DNA of 64,000 nt from Hydrolagus affinis (lineage: Eukaryota): NCBI GenBank assembly GCA_012026655.1, contig JAAILG010000028.1, positions 62,001-126,000 on the forward strand. Direction: 5' to 3'. A program made the position numbers and the translations under genes. Positions 36,810-48,021 of this stretch are shown here, in pieces; position 1 is the stretch's first letter, and each line of letters begins with the position of its first letter. Below the pieces are notes generated by a model that saw only the letters and a list, made by a program, of their open reading frames with translations, made no database searches and was not told where the DNA came from.

Positions 36810-36995
36810 GGAGATGAATGCTGGATTCATTCAAATTTTCAAGACAGAGGTGGATAGATATTTGTTAAGTCAGTGTATCGAGGGATACGGGGAAACAGCT
36901 GGTAATTAGAGTTGAAGTACAGATCAGCCATGATCTTATAGAATGGCAGAACAGGCTTGAGGGGCTGAAGGTCTACTTCTGTTTCTATGTTTCCA
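36810..36995 (+). mobile_element. CR1 3' fragment
   Basis: TTTTCAAGACAGAGGTGGATAGATATTTG (FKTEVDRYL)...GAGGGATACGGGG...GATCAGCCATGATCTTATAGAATGGCAGAACAGGCTTGAGGGGCTGAA. Confidence 0.85.
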
Positions 36996-37509
36996 GATCA
37001 TCTCACAGCACTTCAAGGGATTTACTGAAAGTGTAGTGACTGTATATTTTGCGAGGAAAAAAATCCCTATTCATCTATGGCGAGTGTTAAAGTCTAGAAA
37101 AAAATCAATGGGCATGGAAACATAGAACAGTTTGAGTCCTCCACTCTCACACAAGGTAGATGCAAATATTGCCTGTGACCCATTCATATTGTACAAACTT
37201 AGAGGAAAAAAATCCTGCCACTTGATCTGTAAGGAGTTAAACAGCATGACTGAGATGGAGGCAGTGATTCAAGTCTACCCTTTACTTGTTGATATGAAAC
37301 CTAGACATGGACTCAGACATATTATTCATAGGTTGCTGTACTCTACTGTAACCTTGAATGAGTAATAACCATATTAAAGAAAGTCCTCCTGGCAGAATGA
37401 CACATGCATCTCCATTACCAGAAGCCAACTTGTTGAAGCCGAGCACTCTTGACACACACTTTTGTTCCAACAAACAATAAAAACGAATCCATATTGTTTA
37501 GGCATTTTA

Positions 37510-37820
37510 AGCATCCTTGCATTTGATGTAACGCCTTATCACATCTTCTAGACGTCTCAAAACGCTTCACAGAATATCCTGCAAATGGGAATTGACTATG
37601 TTTTGTGGGTGAAACGCGGCAGCCAATTACACACAGCAGTGTCCCACAAACAGTCATGGATTAAGTGGCCACATTTTTTTTTTGGAAGGAAGGAATTATT
37701 ACTCTCAGAAAAATGATCTGCCAATCGAGTAACAACTGGGTTCCCACTTTACCGCTGGGCAAACAGAGGCGTGTGGGATGAGGAAACTTGTCCAATGTTT
37801 CACCCGGCCGGGAATCGAGC
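37510..37820 (-). mobile_element. Dominant SINE, long variant
   Basis: Antisense tail, Deu-like core, GGGTTCCCACTTTACCGCTGGGCAAACAGAGGCGTGTGGG..AGGAAACTTGTCCAA, GGGAATCGAG. Confidence 0.88.
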
Positions 37821-38294
37821 TCAGAATTCATAATTGAAGTTATTAATCTGCACAACACACAGGAAGGAAATTATCCCATGTAAGGCACATTTAAAAAAAT
37901 CATAATTTTTCAAAGCTGACGTGAATTACATTAGTTAGGTTGCGTTTACGCGCTGACCTTTTTTGTCGACTAGGTAAACGTTTCAATTTTTCACTTTGGA
38001 TCTTGAGAAGGGAAATGGCTAGGAGGGATTGTTCATTCATTTTTGCAGTGCAGTGGATCTCTACCTCTGTCTGTACCATAACATTTCCTTATTGCATCTG
38101 CTGAATACTGCTGTGTTGCTTCCTGTTGAACACGTGAACCTCTGCCTGACATCTGAATACTTTGGAGGTGGTTTCGACCATCTTGTTTCACATGTAATGA
38201 TTGCCAAATATTCATGAGGATAATATGGGTTCATAACAGATCACAAGGGCTTGATCCAAACGGCAGAATGAGTTGTCCTCATCAATATAAGGCA

Positions 38295-38645
38295 TAAAGC
38301 ATTGCATTTGATATAGTGCTTTTCATGTTGTGAGGATGTCTCAAAGCGCTTCATGAAGCTTCATGCAACTTTATACTATAAAGTGTAGTGATCTTGTATC
38401 TTTCAAGGCCTTGGGACATCCTCCCGACATGGAAGGTGCTGGTCAAATGTAATTTTGTGTTGTATTCCATTGGAGGCAAAGACAGCAACCAATTTGTGTG
38501 CAACAATGAGCCACAAACAGAAAATGTATGGTCCATTTTATCTGGGGGATTGCCCACCAAGATACTAGGGGAAACTCCTTTTTCTTTTCAAATCATCTCA
38601 CAGATCTTTAAAGTCCACTTGGACAGGCAGAAGTTCAATGCCTCC
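38295..38645 (-). mobile_element. SacSINE1-like Deu SINE with internal oppositely oriented L2 stub
   Basis: Antisense tail GCATTTGATATAGTGCTTTTCATG..CTCAAAGCGCTTCA; CAGCAACCAATTTGTGTGCAACAAT..CCACAAACAG; GATCTTTAAAGTCCACTTG. Confidence 0.72.
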
Positions 38646-39720
38646 AACAATAAAATAAGTTGATATTAAATTGGACATTTATTTCATGACCATTTGTGGG
38701 ACATTCCTTTATGGAAATTGACTGCCTACATTTTGCCCTACAAAATACAATCACAAAGATTAGTGTTTTTGTTAGATGGTTGCAGTATATTTGGAGTGAA
38801 TCTTGGATCTGCAGCTATAAACTAAGACAATCTATGAAGAGAGAGTCAGGCATCAAAGTACTTGGCACAGAGAAAGATCAATTTCATGTCTCTCTCTCGA
38901 TCACACACTCTCTTGCTCTCTTGCTCTCACCTTCTCAACAAGCAGAAAGGTGCAAGACTTCAAATAGCAAGGGCAATTTAATAGCAAAGGTTATACAAAG
39001 AACTAGAGCTGCATTCTTTTTACAATAGGGAATAGTAGCCTTAAAAGACTTTGATTTTAAAGTAAACCACACTAAATTTATCTAGGTGTTCCCTTACTCT
39101 GAGTCACACCTTCAGGAATAATGATTCTCTGTTTTTAGCCCCGTTTTGTGGACTCATAAGTGGGGTGCAGACATTGCTGGTGCTGTATATTAACCTTAAG
39201 GATTTTGCTGTTAATTATGTGTTGCGAGGTTCAAAATAATTGATACAGAGCCCCATCTGTCAGAATCTATGGCCCCATTGAGATCATTATTTCACAAATC
39301 CTGTGTCCCACGGATAATGCTCTGTTCAGAGTGCCTGAGGAGGAAAGTTGCCCCAGAGGCAAAATGAGGATCTCCAACAGATGTGTCTGAGAAAATATGG
39401 CGTAAGATTCCCTTTCCCAATGAGTCCTTCACAGCTAAACAGGACTGCAGGAGTCGCTCAGCATCAAGTCAACTGAGATTAGAACGCGATTTGAACCAGG
39501 TCAAGTGAACCAGAAATAGGGCCTGGGCTCTCTATTCAATTATACATTGAATTGTATTACACAGTGAAACCTATTCAATTGGATGCCCACTCACGTCTGC
39601 ATTATACTGTATATAAAAACCACTACTGTGATTCCATGGACAAACAATGCTGTTGGATCTTTGAAAAAGTGTTTTATATTTTGGTTATTTTGCTTCTAAG
39701 AAAGGGCAATTTATAAAAAC

Positions 39721-39978
39721 AATAATAATAATAATCCTTCTATTTGATATAACACCTTATCATATTGTTGAGACGTTTCCAAGCGCTTTGCACAATACAC
39801 TAGAAAGTGGATTGACAGTGTTTTGTAGGCGAAACGTGGCAGCCAATTGCACACAGCAGTGTCCCACAAACAGTCATGCATTGAATGCCACCACTTTTTT
39901 TGAAGGGATTATTACCCCAGGAAAGCGATCCACCAATCGACTAACTACCGGGTTCCTATTACAGCTGGGCAGGCATGT
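39721..39978 (-). mobile_element. Dominant SINE, long variant, 5'-truncated
   Basis: Antisense tail, core, then GGATTATTACCCCAGGAAAGCGATCCACCAATCGAC...GGGTTCCTATTACAGCTGGG. Confidence 0.85.
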
Positions 39979-41339
39979 GGATATCCACATTCTCTATCAC
40001 TGTTACCCAAACACTGTATATCTTATCCAACTGAACATCTGAAGCATGTTGTACACTCAGAGTGCAGACTGCAGTTCCCACGAGCTGTTTCAGACGTCAT
40101 TTTGCTTTACATTTCTCACTTTATATTAAAAATATAATTATAATAATAATTATCATTGGCATTTGGTTATCACAGAGTTGAAACATCTCAAAGAGCTGAA
40201 CAGAATATACTATATTGTACAGTATAATGCATTGTTGTTAGTTTAACCCGAGCAGAACACCAAATGTGAAACCGTTGTAAACAAAGCTGCAATTTTTTCT
40301 ATTTGATGATAGATCATTCCATTAAAAAAAATTGAAGTGAAGAACAAATGAAAGACTAACACAATATCAGATAACATTGCTATTTTGAATCAACAGTTCA
40401 GGATTTACCTCAAATTATATTGTATTCTAGTTGTTCCTTATTCTAGTTTATATTTAATCCAAATGTAAGTATTAGGTAGCAACTTAAAATACATGAGAGA
40501 CTCGGATAACATGATGTGCAACTCGCTTGGAACTGAAGCTCAGAGTTGAGAGCTGATGATTCTGATTACCACACGTATTTTTAAACCACTTCTTGTTGGA
40601 ATTTCATTCCCGTGGCGCTTTTAGACCCAAATAACCTGTCTGAGCACAAATTCCTTGTGACGCTGATCTAGACTGTGAGGTTTATTCTGTCAAAGGGAGC
40701 TGCGCTGGGAGAATTAGCCTAAATCCACATCTTTGCTGAGAATGAAAGTAGGAAATCTGATTTCAGTGAGTAGAAAGCCAGAGGAAAGGGATTTACAAGG
40801 GTTAGACCAGCTCTGTCTCTTTCTCTCACCAATGTCTCAGTACCTGCTGATTTTATTGGCATTAAACTTTCATTCCATTACTTTGTATTGCTGGCGGTTA
40901 TTCATCTGGAATGATCACATCCCAGTAGGTGGATGATGCCTACGACAGGGTTAGAGCAGCCCTCTAGCTACTCTTCAGACCAATTAGGATCACGCCGCAC
41001 AGTTTGCCTATCAACTGTGCAAACCCGCTGTAACACAGCCCCGGCCTGCATGGCGAACTTCTCAGCCACTGGCTTTCCATTTAGTTGCACAGCAAGAGAG
41101 AGAGAAAGAAAAAAATAATGAAAGACACAGGCAGAAGAGGGATCTGACACACAGAAGCTCATCTCTACCACAAGCAAGTGAAAGTTCGAAGAGGCTTCAT
41201 TTCCTATTTGTCGATGTTAATTGTGTTTTTTTAATACAGGGAGCAACTCCATTGGAACACAGAAGAGGCTATTTTTACATTCTTCATTTGAACACGGGTA
41301 AATAGTACAAGTGTGACTGTTTTCCTGATGTGAAAGAAT

Positions 41340-41770
41340 TATGTTCGTCCAACTCAATTGGTAGCACTCTAGCCTCTAAGTCACAAGGCAACACATCAGG
41401 AACCTTAAACTCACTTTCTTAGATGACATTACAGTGCAGTCCTGTGGGATTGTGTGGCGTTGGTGGAGATGCCACTGTTTGGAAGAGTCAAACCGAGGTC
41501 ATGTCTGCCAGTTCTCGTGGACATTAAAGATCCCTTTCAAAAAGAGACGGGATTTTCTCCCAGTGTCCTGGCCAACAATCTCCCAGATAAAATCAATCAA
41601 TCATTTCACTCCATGGATGTGTGTGTGGGACTTAAGTGCGCCCAAATTGACGACCGCGATTGCCTCTGAAAATGCACAGTCGCTCCACTCGGCATTCCCT
41701 TTACAGCGAAGAAGTTTGAAACATGTGCCCGATGTGTAAGGCACCCTGCCAAACTGAAGGATTGTTGAGT
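41340..41770 (+). mobile_element. SacSINE1-like Deu SINE, old, near full length
   Basis: CTCAATTGGTAGCACTCTAGCCTCTAAGTCA...CAGTGCAGT...AAACCGAGG...GTGGACATTAAAGATCCC...CAGTGTCCTGGCCAACAATC...GTGTGGGAC..GTGCGCCCAAATTGAC. Confidence 0.8.
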
Positions 41771-42274
41771 ATTAAGCTCACTTCATTGACTGCAAAACTG
41801 AAAAGAGTGTGAACCTTTGGTGCATTCAGAAGCATAATGTGCAATAAGGGCGGAGAAGGTTTTCCCACTCACCGCACCTATTTGATTGCATAATTGTTCT
41901 AGCAGAACCAGATTTAATACTGTGTGGGTGAGGAATGTTTTGCTTGGGCATTTTTTCATTTTGCATTCGAGCCAAATCGCTCAGGCGAAGTACAGATGAC
42001 GAGTCACATCCACCACATTAAGCACATTTTCTTTTCTCTTTCAAATGTCACTGAAGTTGCCAATGAGTTTGCGGAGTTTCATTCTTCACGAGAGTTCAGG
42101 GGAAACGGCTTGACAATCGACACAACTCGTGTTCTTCCCTGAAGCGTTTGCCCAGATGACACTCGGTCACTCCACTTTACACTACATCCCGTGAAACACT
42201 TTGAGACGTCCTCCTGACATGAAAGGCATTGTGTCAGATATGAGAATTATTGTTAATTTTATTAACAATTTCAT

Positions 42275-42867
42275 GTGGAGTCCTGTAGCTCAGTGGTGAG
42301 AGCACTCGCCTTACAAGTGAGTGACCTGGGTTCAATTCAGACAGGGCGAAACCTTGTGCAAGTTTCCTTACTCCATACACCTAAGAATAATCCCTCAAAA
42401 TAAAACAATAATAAGAACATAAAAATAAGGAGCAGGAGTAGGCCATTCAGCCCTCAAGCCTGCCCCGCTATTCAATAAGATCATGGCTGATCTTCTAATT
42501 TAACTTTACCTGCCCACCTTATCCCCATATCCCTTAATCCCTCTATTCATGAGAAATCTATCAATCTCAGTCTTGAATATGTTCAAGGCCTGAGCATGTA
42601 CAGGCTTTTGGGGGTAAAATTCACTACCCTCGGAGTGAAGAAGTATTTTCTTAATTCTGTTTGAAAAGGCTGACCCATAATCTTGAAACTGTGACCCCCT
42701 AATTATAGTTTCTCCTACGAAGGATAGGAATTGCTGTGTGCAATTGGCTGCCGCATTTCACCCACGTATATATAGGCAATTCACTTTACATTTGATTCTG
42801 TGAAACGTTTTGAGACATCTAGGTCTAGAAGATGTGAAAAGCGCTATATCAAATGCAGGAATTCTTA
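42275..42867 (+). mobile_element. Dominant SINE split by a CR1 insertion
   Basis: Head GTGGAGTCCTGTAGCTCAGTGGTGAGAGCACTCGCCTTACAAG at 42275-~42410; resumes at ~42732 with TGCTGTGTGCAATTGGCTGCC and runs to the tail GCGCTATATCAAATGCAGGAATT. Confidence 0.88.
42411..42730 (-). mobile_element. CR1 LINE 3' fragment nested in a SINE
   Basis: Minus translation GHSFKIMGQPFQTELRKYFFTPRVVN; antisense tail ATAAGAACAT...GGAGCAGGAGTAGGCCATTCAGCCC...GATCATGGCTGATC. Confidence 0.9.
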
Positions 42868-43802
42868 TAGGTACTCTCGTAGTAAATAGCCTTACAGTAT
42901 ATTATGTGAAGTGCTTTGTGAAGTCTAAAAAAAAGGTAACAAATATAATTAGAATTATAATAATTATTATTATTATTACAGCTATCAGATTTCAAAACCA
43001 ACCATTCAGATCAGTGAAGAGTGAGCCTTATTTTATCAAGCAGACATAACTGAAATTTAAACAATCGCCAATATTTCAAATGCAACACCACTTTCCCAAT
43101 TTTTCCTGCCCATTTATGTAAAATAGTAGGGGTAATTGCGAGTTACATTTCACCAAATTCAATTAGGTGCGGTTGAACGCAAGACAAATTATTAAAGTAT
43201 AAAAGCTGTTGATTTATGGCCCAAGAAGCAAAATTCATCACCTCATTTCCATATCAACTAATTCCCACATCTCCTATTTCAAAAAATGCATATGAACTGT
43301 TGCTAATGGATAAAGCTCTTCTGCTCTGTTTGGAATCTGTCCCTATGTGCCTATAAACATTAAAAAAAACATTTCATTTTACACTCTGTCTCATATCAGG
43401 ATTCTATTAAATGCTGTTGAATATCCATCCTTTTGTGTCTTTACCCTTGTTTCTTCTCTCCTGAAACAATTCCTCAGTGTTTGAAAATTAAATACAATGC
43501 GATAACGTAGCTGAAAGTTTCTTCATTCTTTCCTTAAAGATGATAATAGCAATCCTTGCATTTGGTAAAGTGCCTTATCATATCAAAGGAACCAGCTTGA
43601 AGCACTTCAAAGAATTTACACTACAGTTAAGTGACCGTTTATTTCTGGGCGAATGAGGCAACTAATTCTGCGCACAGCAATGTCCCAGAAACGGCCACGG
43701 AGTGAATTTCCTTGTGTTAATTAGCTCAAGGAATGGGTTAAGAAATTAATCACAATGTTACACAATTTGCCATATACAAACCTTCTCTCTAGGAATGTCA
43801 CT

Positions 43803-43985
43803 ATAATAATATAATGACCCTTCCATTTGATATACTGTAGCACCTTATCACGTCTTCAAGATATCTTACAGCGCTTAACAGATTATGATGTAAAGTGAAT
43901 TGATTATGTTTTGTGGGCGAAACGTGGCAGCCAATTGTGCACAGCAGTGTCCCGCAAATGGGATTGAGCGACCAAATTATTATTT
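43803..43985 (-). mobile_element. Dominant SINE, 5'-truncated
   Basis: Antisense tail and GGCAGCCAATTGTGCACAGCAGTGTCCC; an older related copy lies at ~43543-43700. Confidence 0.85.
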
Positions 43986-44779
43986 TTATTTACAGGGACA
44001 GAAATGTTGGGGTTGCTCTGATGGTTAAACTCTTTTGCTTGAGGATGGATATTCCAGAATGATTAAACCGAGCTGGAATAAACAAACAGGGCTGGAAATT
44101 TACAGAAGCAAAAAACGTTGAGGCCTTCATATTCTGGAGTGAATTTCACAGTTAGTCCATTAATCATAAGAGTCTGAGAGCTCAGGAGAGAAAAAAAAAT
44201 CGATAATTCCAAACTAAGACAGATAGAGGAATGAATGTTTAGCTTTTGCCTTATGCATCAACATAAATTCATTTTCAAACTCCCTTTTCTGACAGTATAA
44301 GACTGAAGCAACTGAACAAGAATTCAGGACTTTGTAAATGAAACTGTCCACATGTGAACGTTTCATCTTTTCTCACACGCAAGCCTGATTACCTGTAAGA
44401 TTTAAAATTGCAAGGAATCGTGGAAATGCACTTAATGCGGTTTGGATTTGGAAGCTGTTGCTTTTGAAGAACTGAGAAAAAACACTGAAAATTCCCAAAT
44501 TTTCGCATCTGAAGACCTCACTCTTTGACCACACCATTAGTCACCTACCCTCTTTCCCTGACTGTTCGTGAAACTCTGCCAGTGGTAAGCACTCAGAGAC
44601 GTTACTCTGTGTGAAGGGTGCTATATAAATGCAAGTCGTCATTGTTGTCTCAAAATTCAACGTAACATTTCAAATCTTTCAAGTTAAGACTGGGTACAAT
44701 TCCGGGGCATTAAAATGATCAAATCAAAATGTGCATTTCATTTGGAACTTCATGCTGAAATAGTTCATAGATTATTTTT

Positions 44780-44892
44780 GTATTTGCCCACAAAATATAT
44801 GGCTAATTCACTGTGCAGTTTATTTCTGTGAAGCACTTTGAGACATCTCGAAGATGTGATAAGATGCTAGATGTAAAGAAAGGATTATTATT
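44780..44892 (+). mobile_element. Dominant SINE 3' fragment
   Basis: GCCCACAAAATATAT...TCTGTGAAGCACTTTGAGACATCTCGAAGATGTGATAAG...AGGATTATTATT. Confidence 0.85.
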
Positions 44893-45023
44893 CTCATTAT
44901 TCCCTCATAATGTGGTGTTCAGGTTGACAGTTAGCTGCGTACATTCAGACATGGCATTGAGAAAATTGGGCAGGTACAGTGTGGTTTTATAGAACAGGAG
45001 AGTCCGCTCGCATTTATATAAAA

Positions 45024-45135
45024 ATAATATAATAATCCTTGAATTTGATATAGCGCATTTCACATCTTCTGGACATATCAAAGCGCCTCACAGAATATAC
45101 TGTAAAGTGAATTGACTGTATATTTGTGGGCGAAA
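45024..45135 (-). mobile_element. Dominant SINE 3' fragment
   Basis: AATAATCCTTGAATTTGATATAGCGCATTTCACATCTTC...GTGAATTGACTGTATATTTGTGGGCG. Confidence 0.88.
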
Positions 45136-45350
45136 TTTCAGGGGCTTGAGTGCACTGAATGCAGAAGTCAGAGTCAGAGGCTAAGACATGCTAAAATATG
45201 AAATTGCACGGCTAAACTAGGGCAGCAATGAATTATCAAGGGTAAGGAGAGACAGTGTGGAATGCTGAGATTGCAGCAATCAGATATGGAGAGTGAAGAC
45301 TATATATGGATCATGGAGGTGAGACAAAGCAAACATGAAATTAATGGGTT

Positions 45351-45404
45351 GGAAAAAGACCAGGAATTAAACATGGAGGAAAAAGACCAGGAATTGAATA
45401 TGGA
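45351..45404. repeat. 27-bp tandem duplication
   Basis: GGAAAAAGACCAGGAATTAAACATGGA then GGAAAAAGACCAGGAATTGAATATGGA (2 mismatches). Confidence 0.9.
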
Positions 45405-46586
45405 GACGAGGGCAGGCCAGATATGGAATTCAAAGAACAGGAAATGTACAATATGAAACTGAGGGATTAGGAGTAACATTTCAGAGAGCAGGATAAGCCA
45501 GCTGGGCCTGATATGGAATTCAACATTTAAGCAAATTCAACACCAAATTCTACGCCAAATATCGAAGCAGAGCTTTGTATGGAGCTCAGCGTAAGAGAAG
45601 CCAAGTATAAAAGTCTGACAAGCAGATGAACAAGGTATCACAGACAGTGACGAAGAAAAGCTTAAAAAGGACAGTCTTCGAAAATAAGGAATTTTCTACA
45701 GTTTGAAGCTATACAACAATAATAATAATCCTCGGATTTGATACAGCTGTCTTATCACATCTTTGAGATGTGTCAAGCTTTCAGAGATGCTACCATGCGT
45801 GAAGGGCACTTTGTAAACGCAAATTATTGTTGTTTGGAGAATATAAAATGTAAAGTGAATTTTGTGGAGTTTATCCTAAAGTTTGTGGCTAAATATTTTT
45901 GCATTCTTTGAGAAGGTAGAATTCGGGAATCTTATAAAAGGCTAAATTTGAAAATTAAACACCGGGGCAGAGTTAGGAAACTAGGCCCGTAATTAAGAAT
46001 AGGCAGAGTATGGAAAGGTCAGGTAAACAAATGGTGCTGGGTCTACCCAGATAAGGAAGTATTTGACTATAGATAGGCTAAGCAAAGAAACCAGTTAACA
46101 GGGAAGAGATTATGGATGAAAGACAAAGGCCAGAAAAGGTCAAAACCAGAAGGAGAGGACAGGGCGGGATCTGAAATCCTGCTTTGACATTTGGTTTGGA
46201 TAGATTTTGATCATCTCAAATCAAACAAAACCAACGCAGTCTCTCGGTGGCTTTGTAATTGATGCTCTGCAAAAGAAAAAAAATACCCTTATTCATTCCT
46301 TATCCTCCTTACTCAGCTTTCTTATTAAATAAAACATCGGCACTACGTGTAATTGTGGCGATTGTGGAGTCATATGTATATAATTTTAAGACAGCTGCTT
46401 TTTGTCATTTTTAACATGTACAAATTTGTCTCATTCCATAAACTGACCTACAGTATAGAATAAATATTCTCCTGTGGTCTCGTTCCCCTGCTCCACTAAC
46501 CGCTCCAGAGCTACTAATGATATTTTATTTATGGGAACCCCAGAAATATTTATTTCTGACAAAGTTTATCATTGCGGCTTTAGCTC

Positions 46587-46626
46587 GAGAGAGAGAGAGA
46601 GCGAGAGAGCGAGAGAGAGAGAGAGA
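46587..46626. repeat. (GA)n microsatellite
   Basis: Direct reading, two GC interruptions. Confidence 0.95.
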
Positions 46627-47329
46627 AGGAAATAAAAGAAGCTGGAGTTGGACAGGAACAACAGCAACAACCTAAACTTCACGCTGATGGAGCCTCACAG
46701 ATCTTATAAGGAAATTAAAACGTTGCAATATTTTACGTCCGTCCAGAAACTTTTAACGTGCAACTGTGGTTGAGGAAGGAAATCCAAATGGAGCAGGAAG
46801 GGACAGAAACACAAGCAATAATAATTTAAAAAAACTGCCTTTGATGCACTTATTAAAGGACAAGTGTACACAATAGAGAAACAACATGTTGTTACATTCC
46901 TGCAACTCATATGAATACTTATTTGGGTTTAGCCGGTAAACAAACTGCGCGCTTTCCGGATGTATTTGTCTCTCGCAGCTGCAGTTCAGCCCAGACAGGA
47001 AATTTTGCTCGCGTTACTAATGCTTTCTCATCGTTTTGTTTTCATTGTCTGTCAGTGTGCTCCCAGATCAAGGAGGCAGCAACACCTAAAAATGGAAAAG
47101 CACAGCAATTCATTAATCATTTATACAAACAAACAAAAAAACTAGCTGTTTTTTTTTGTCATCAACCTCCCCTGGGTTAGCGGTTAGTGACTAATAAACA
47201 TTGGATTCATAGCTCTGCGTAAAACTAGATTCATCTTTTTCCTGTTTCTATACAATAGGCACTGAACCACCCACTGATAGACGTTCTTCACATCTCCAAT
47301 AGATTGTATGTTATATTATCACTTTCCGG

Positions 47330-47478
47330 GAGTAATGATCCCTCTCTCCAAAGTTTAGTCACTCAATCCACGACTGGTTGTGGAACACTGCTGTGTGTAT
47401 TTGGCTGCTGTGTTTTGCCCATGAAATATACAGTCATTACACTTTACAGTATGTTCTGTGACGCACTTTGAGATATTC
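47330..47478 (+). mobile_element. Dominant SINE fragment lacking its extreme tail
   Basis: GTCACTCAATCCACGACTGGTTGTGGAACACTGCTGTGTG...TTCTGTGACGCACTTTGAGATA. Confidence 0.85.
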
Positions 47479-47486
47479 TATAATAA

Positions 47487-47911
47487 TAGGGTCCGTCGAT
47501 ATCGAAATTTTCCGATATCGATATATTGCTTGGCTCATATCGATATATACCGATATAGCCTTATCTCCGGGGTTTTTTGTACTGCGCATGCACGCGCATT
47601 CGGAGGTGAGCATGCATTCCGATGTGCGCGCACATTCCGATATGCGCGCGCATTCCGTGCTCTAGGCCCAGGAGGTTTGCAATGCCGATGACAAGGTAAG
47701 TTGAAAAAGTTCGCTTTATACCGATACATACCGATATATACCGATATATCGATATATCGCCGGACACGATATCCCGATATTTGCGATATATCGATTTTTT
47801 TTTAATATCGAATTTTTGGATATATCGATATATTTGAATTTCCAATATCGGCATATTGATATGAAAAACTGTACCGATATAACCGATATATCGATGTATG
47901 GCCAGACACTG
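47487..47911. mobile_element. Non-autonomous hAT-type DNA transposon (MITE-like), 425 bp, exact boundaries
   Basis: Perfect 8-bp TSD TATAATAA at 47479-47486 and 47912-47919; termini TAGGGTCCGTCGATAT and (reverse complement) CAGTGTCTGGCCATAC fit hAT YAGNG ends (10/16 identical); about 15 subterminal CGATA motifs; no transposase ORF. Confidence 0.85.
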
Positions 47912-48021
47912 TATAATAATAATCCTTGCATTTGATACAGCGCTTTTCACATCTTCTAGATGTCTCAAAGTGCTTCACAGGATGTACTGTAAAGTGAATT
48001 GACTGTATATTTGTGGGTGAA
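47912..48021 (-). mobile_element. Dominant SINE 3' fragment (its ATT tail holds the hAT insertion site)
   Basis: TAATAATAATCCTTGCATTTGATACAGCGCTTTTCACATCTTCTAGATGTCTCAAAGTGCTTCACAG. Confidence 0.9.

Noticed and set aside
45140-45700. Possible decayed CR1 endonuclease region (SDMESEDYIWIMEVRQSK)
   Set aside because: Only a faint resemblance, with no diagnostic APE motifs readable; it would need a profile-HMM search.
47458-47968. Overlapping ORFs rich in RY/IDI motifs
   Set aside because: An artefact of the CGATAT repeat arrays in the MITE; no transposase similarity.
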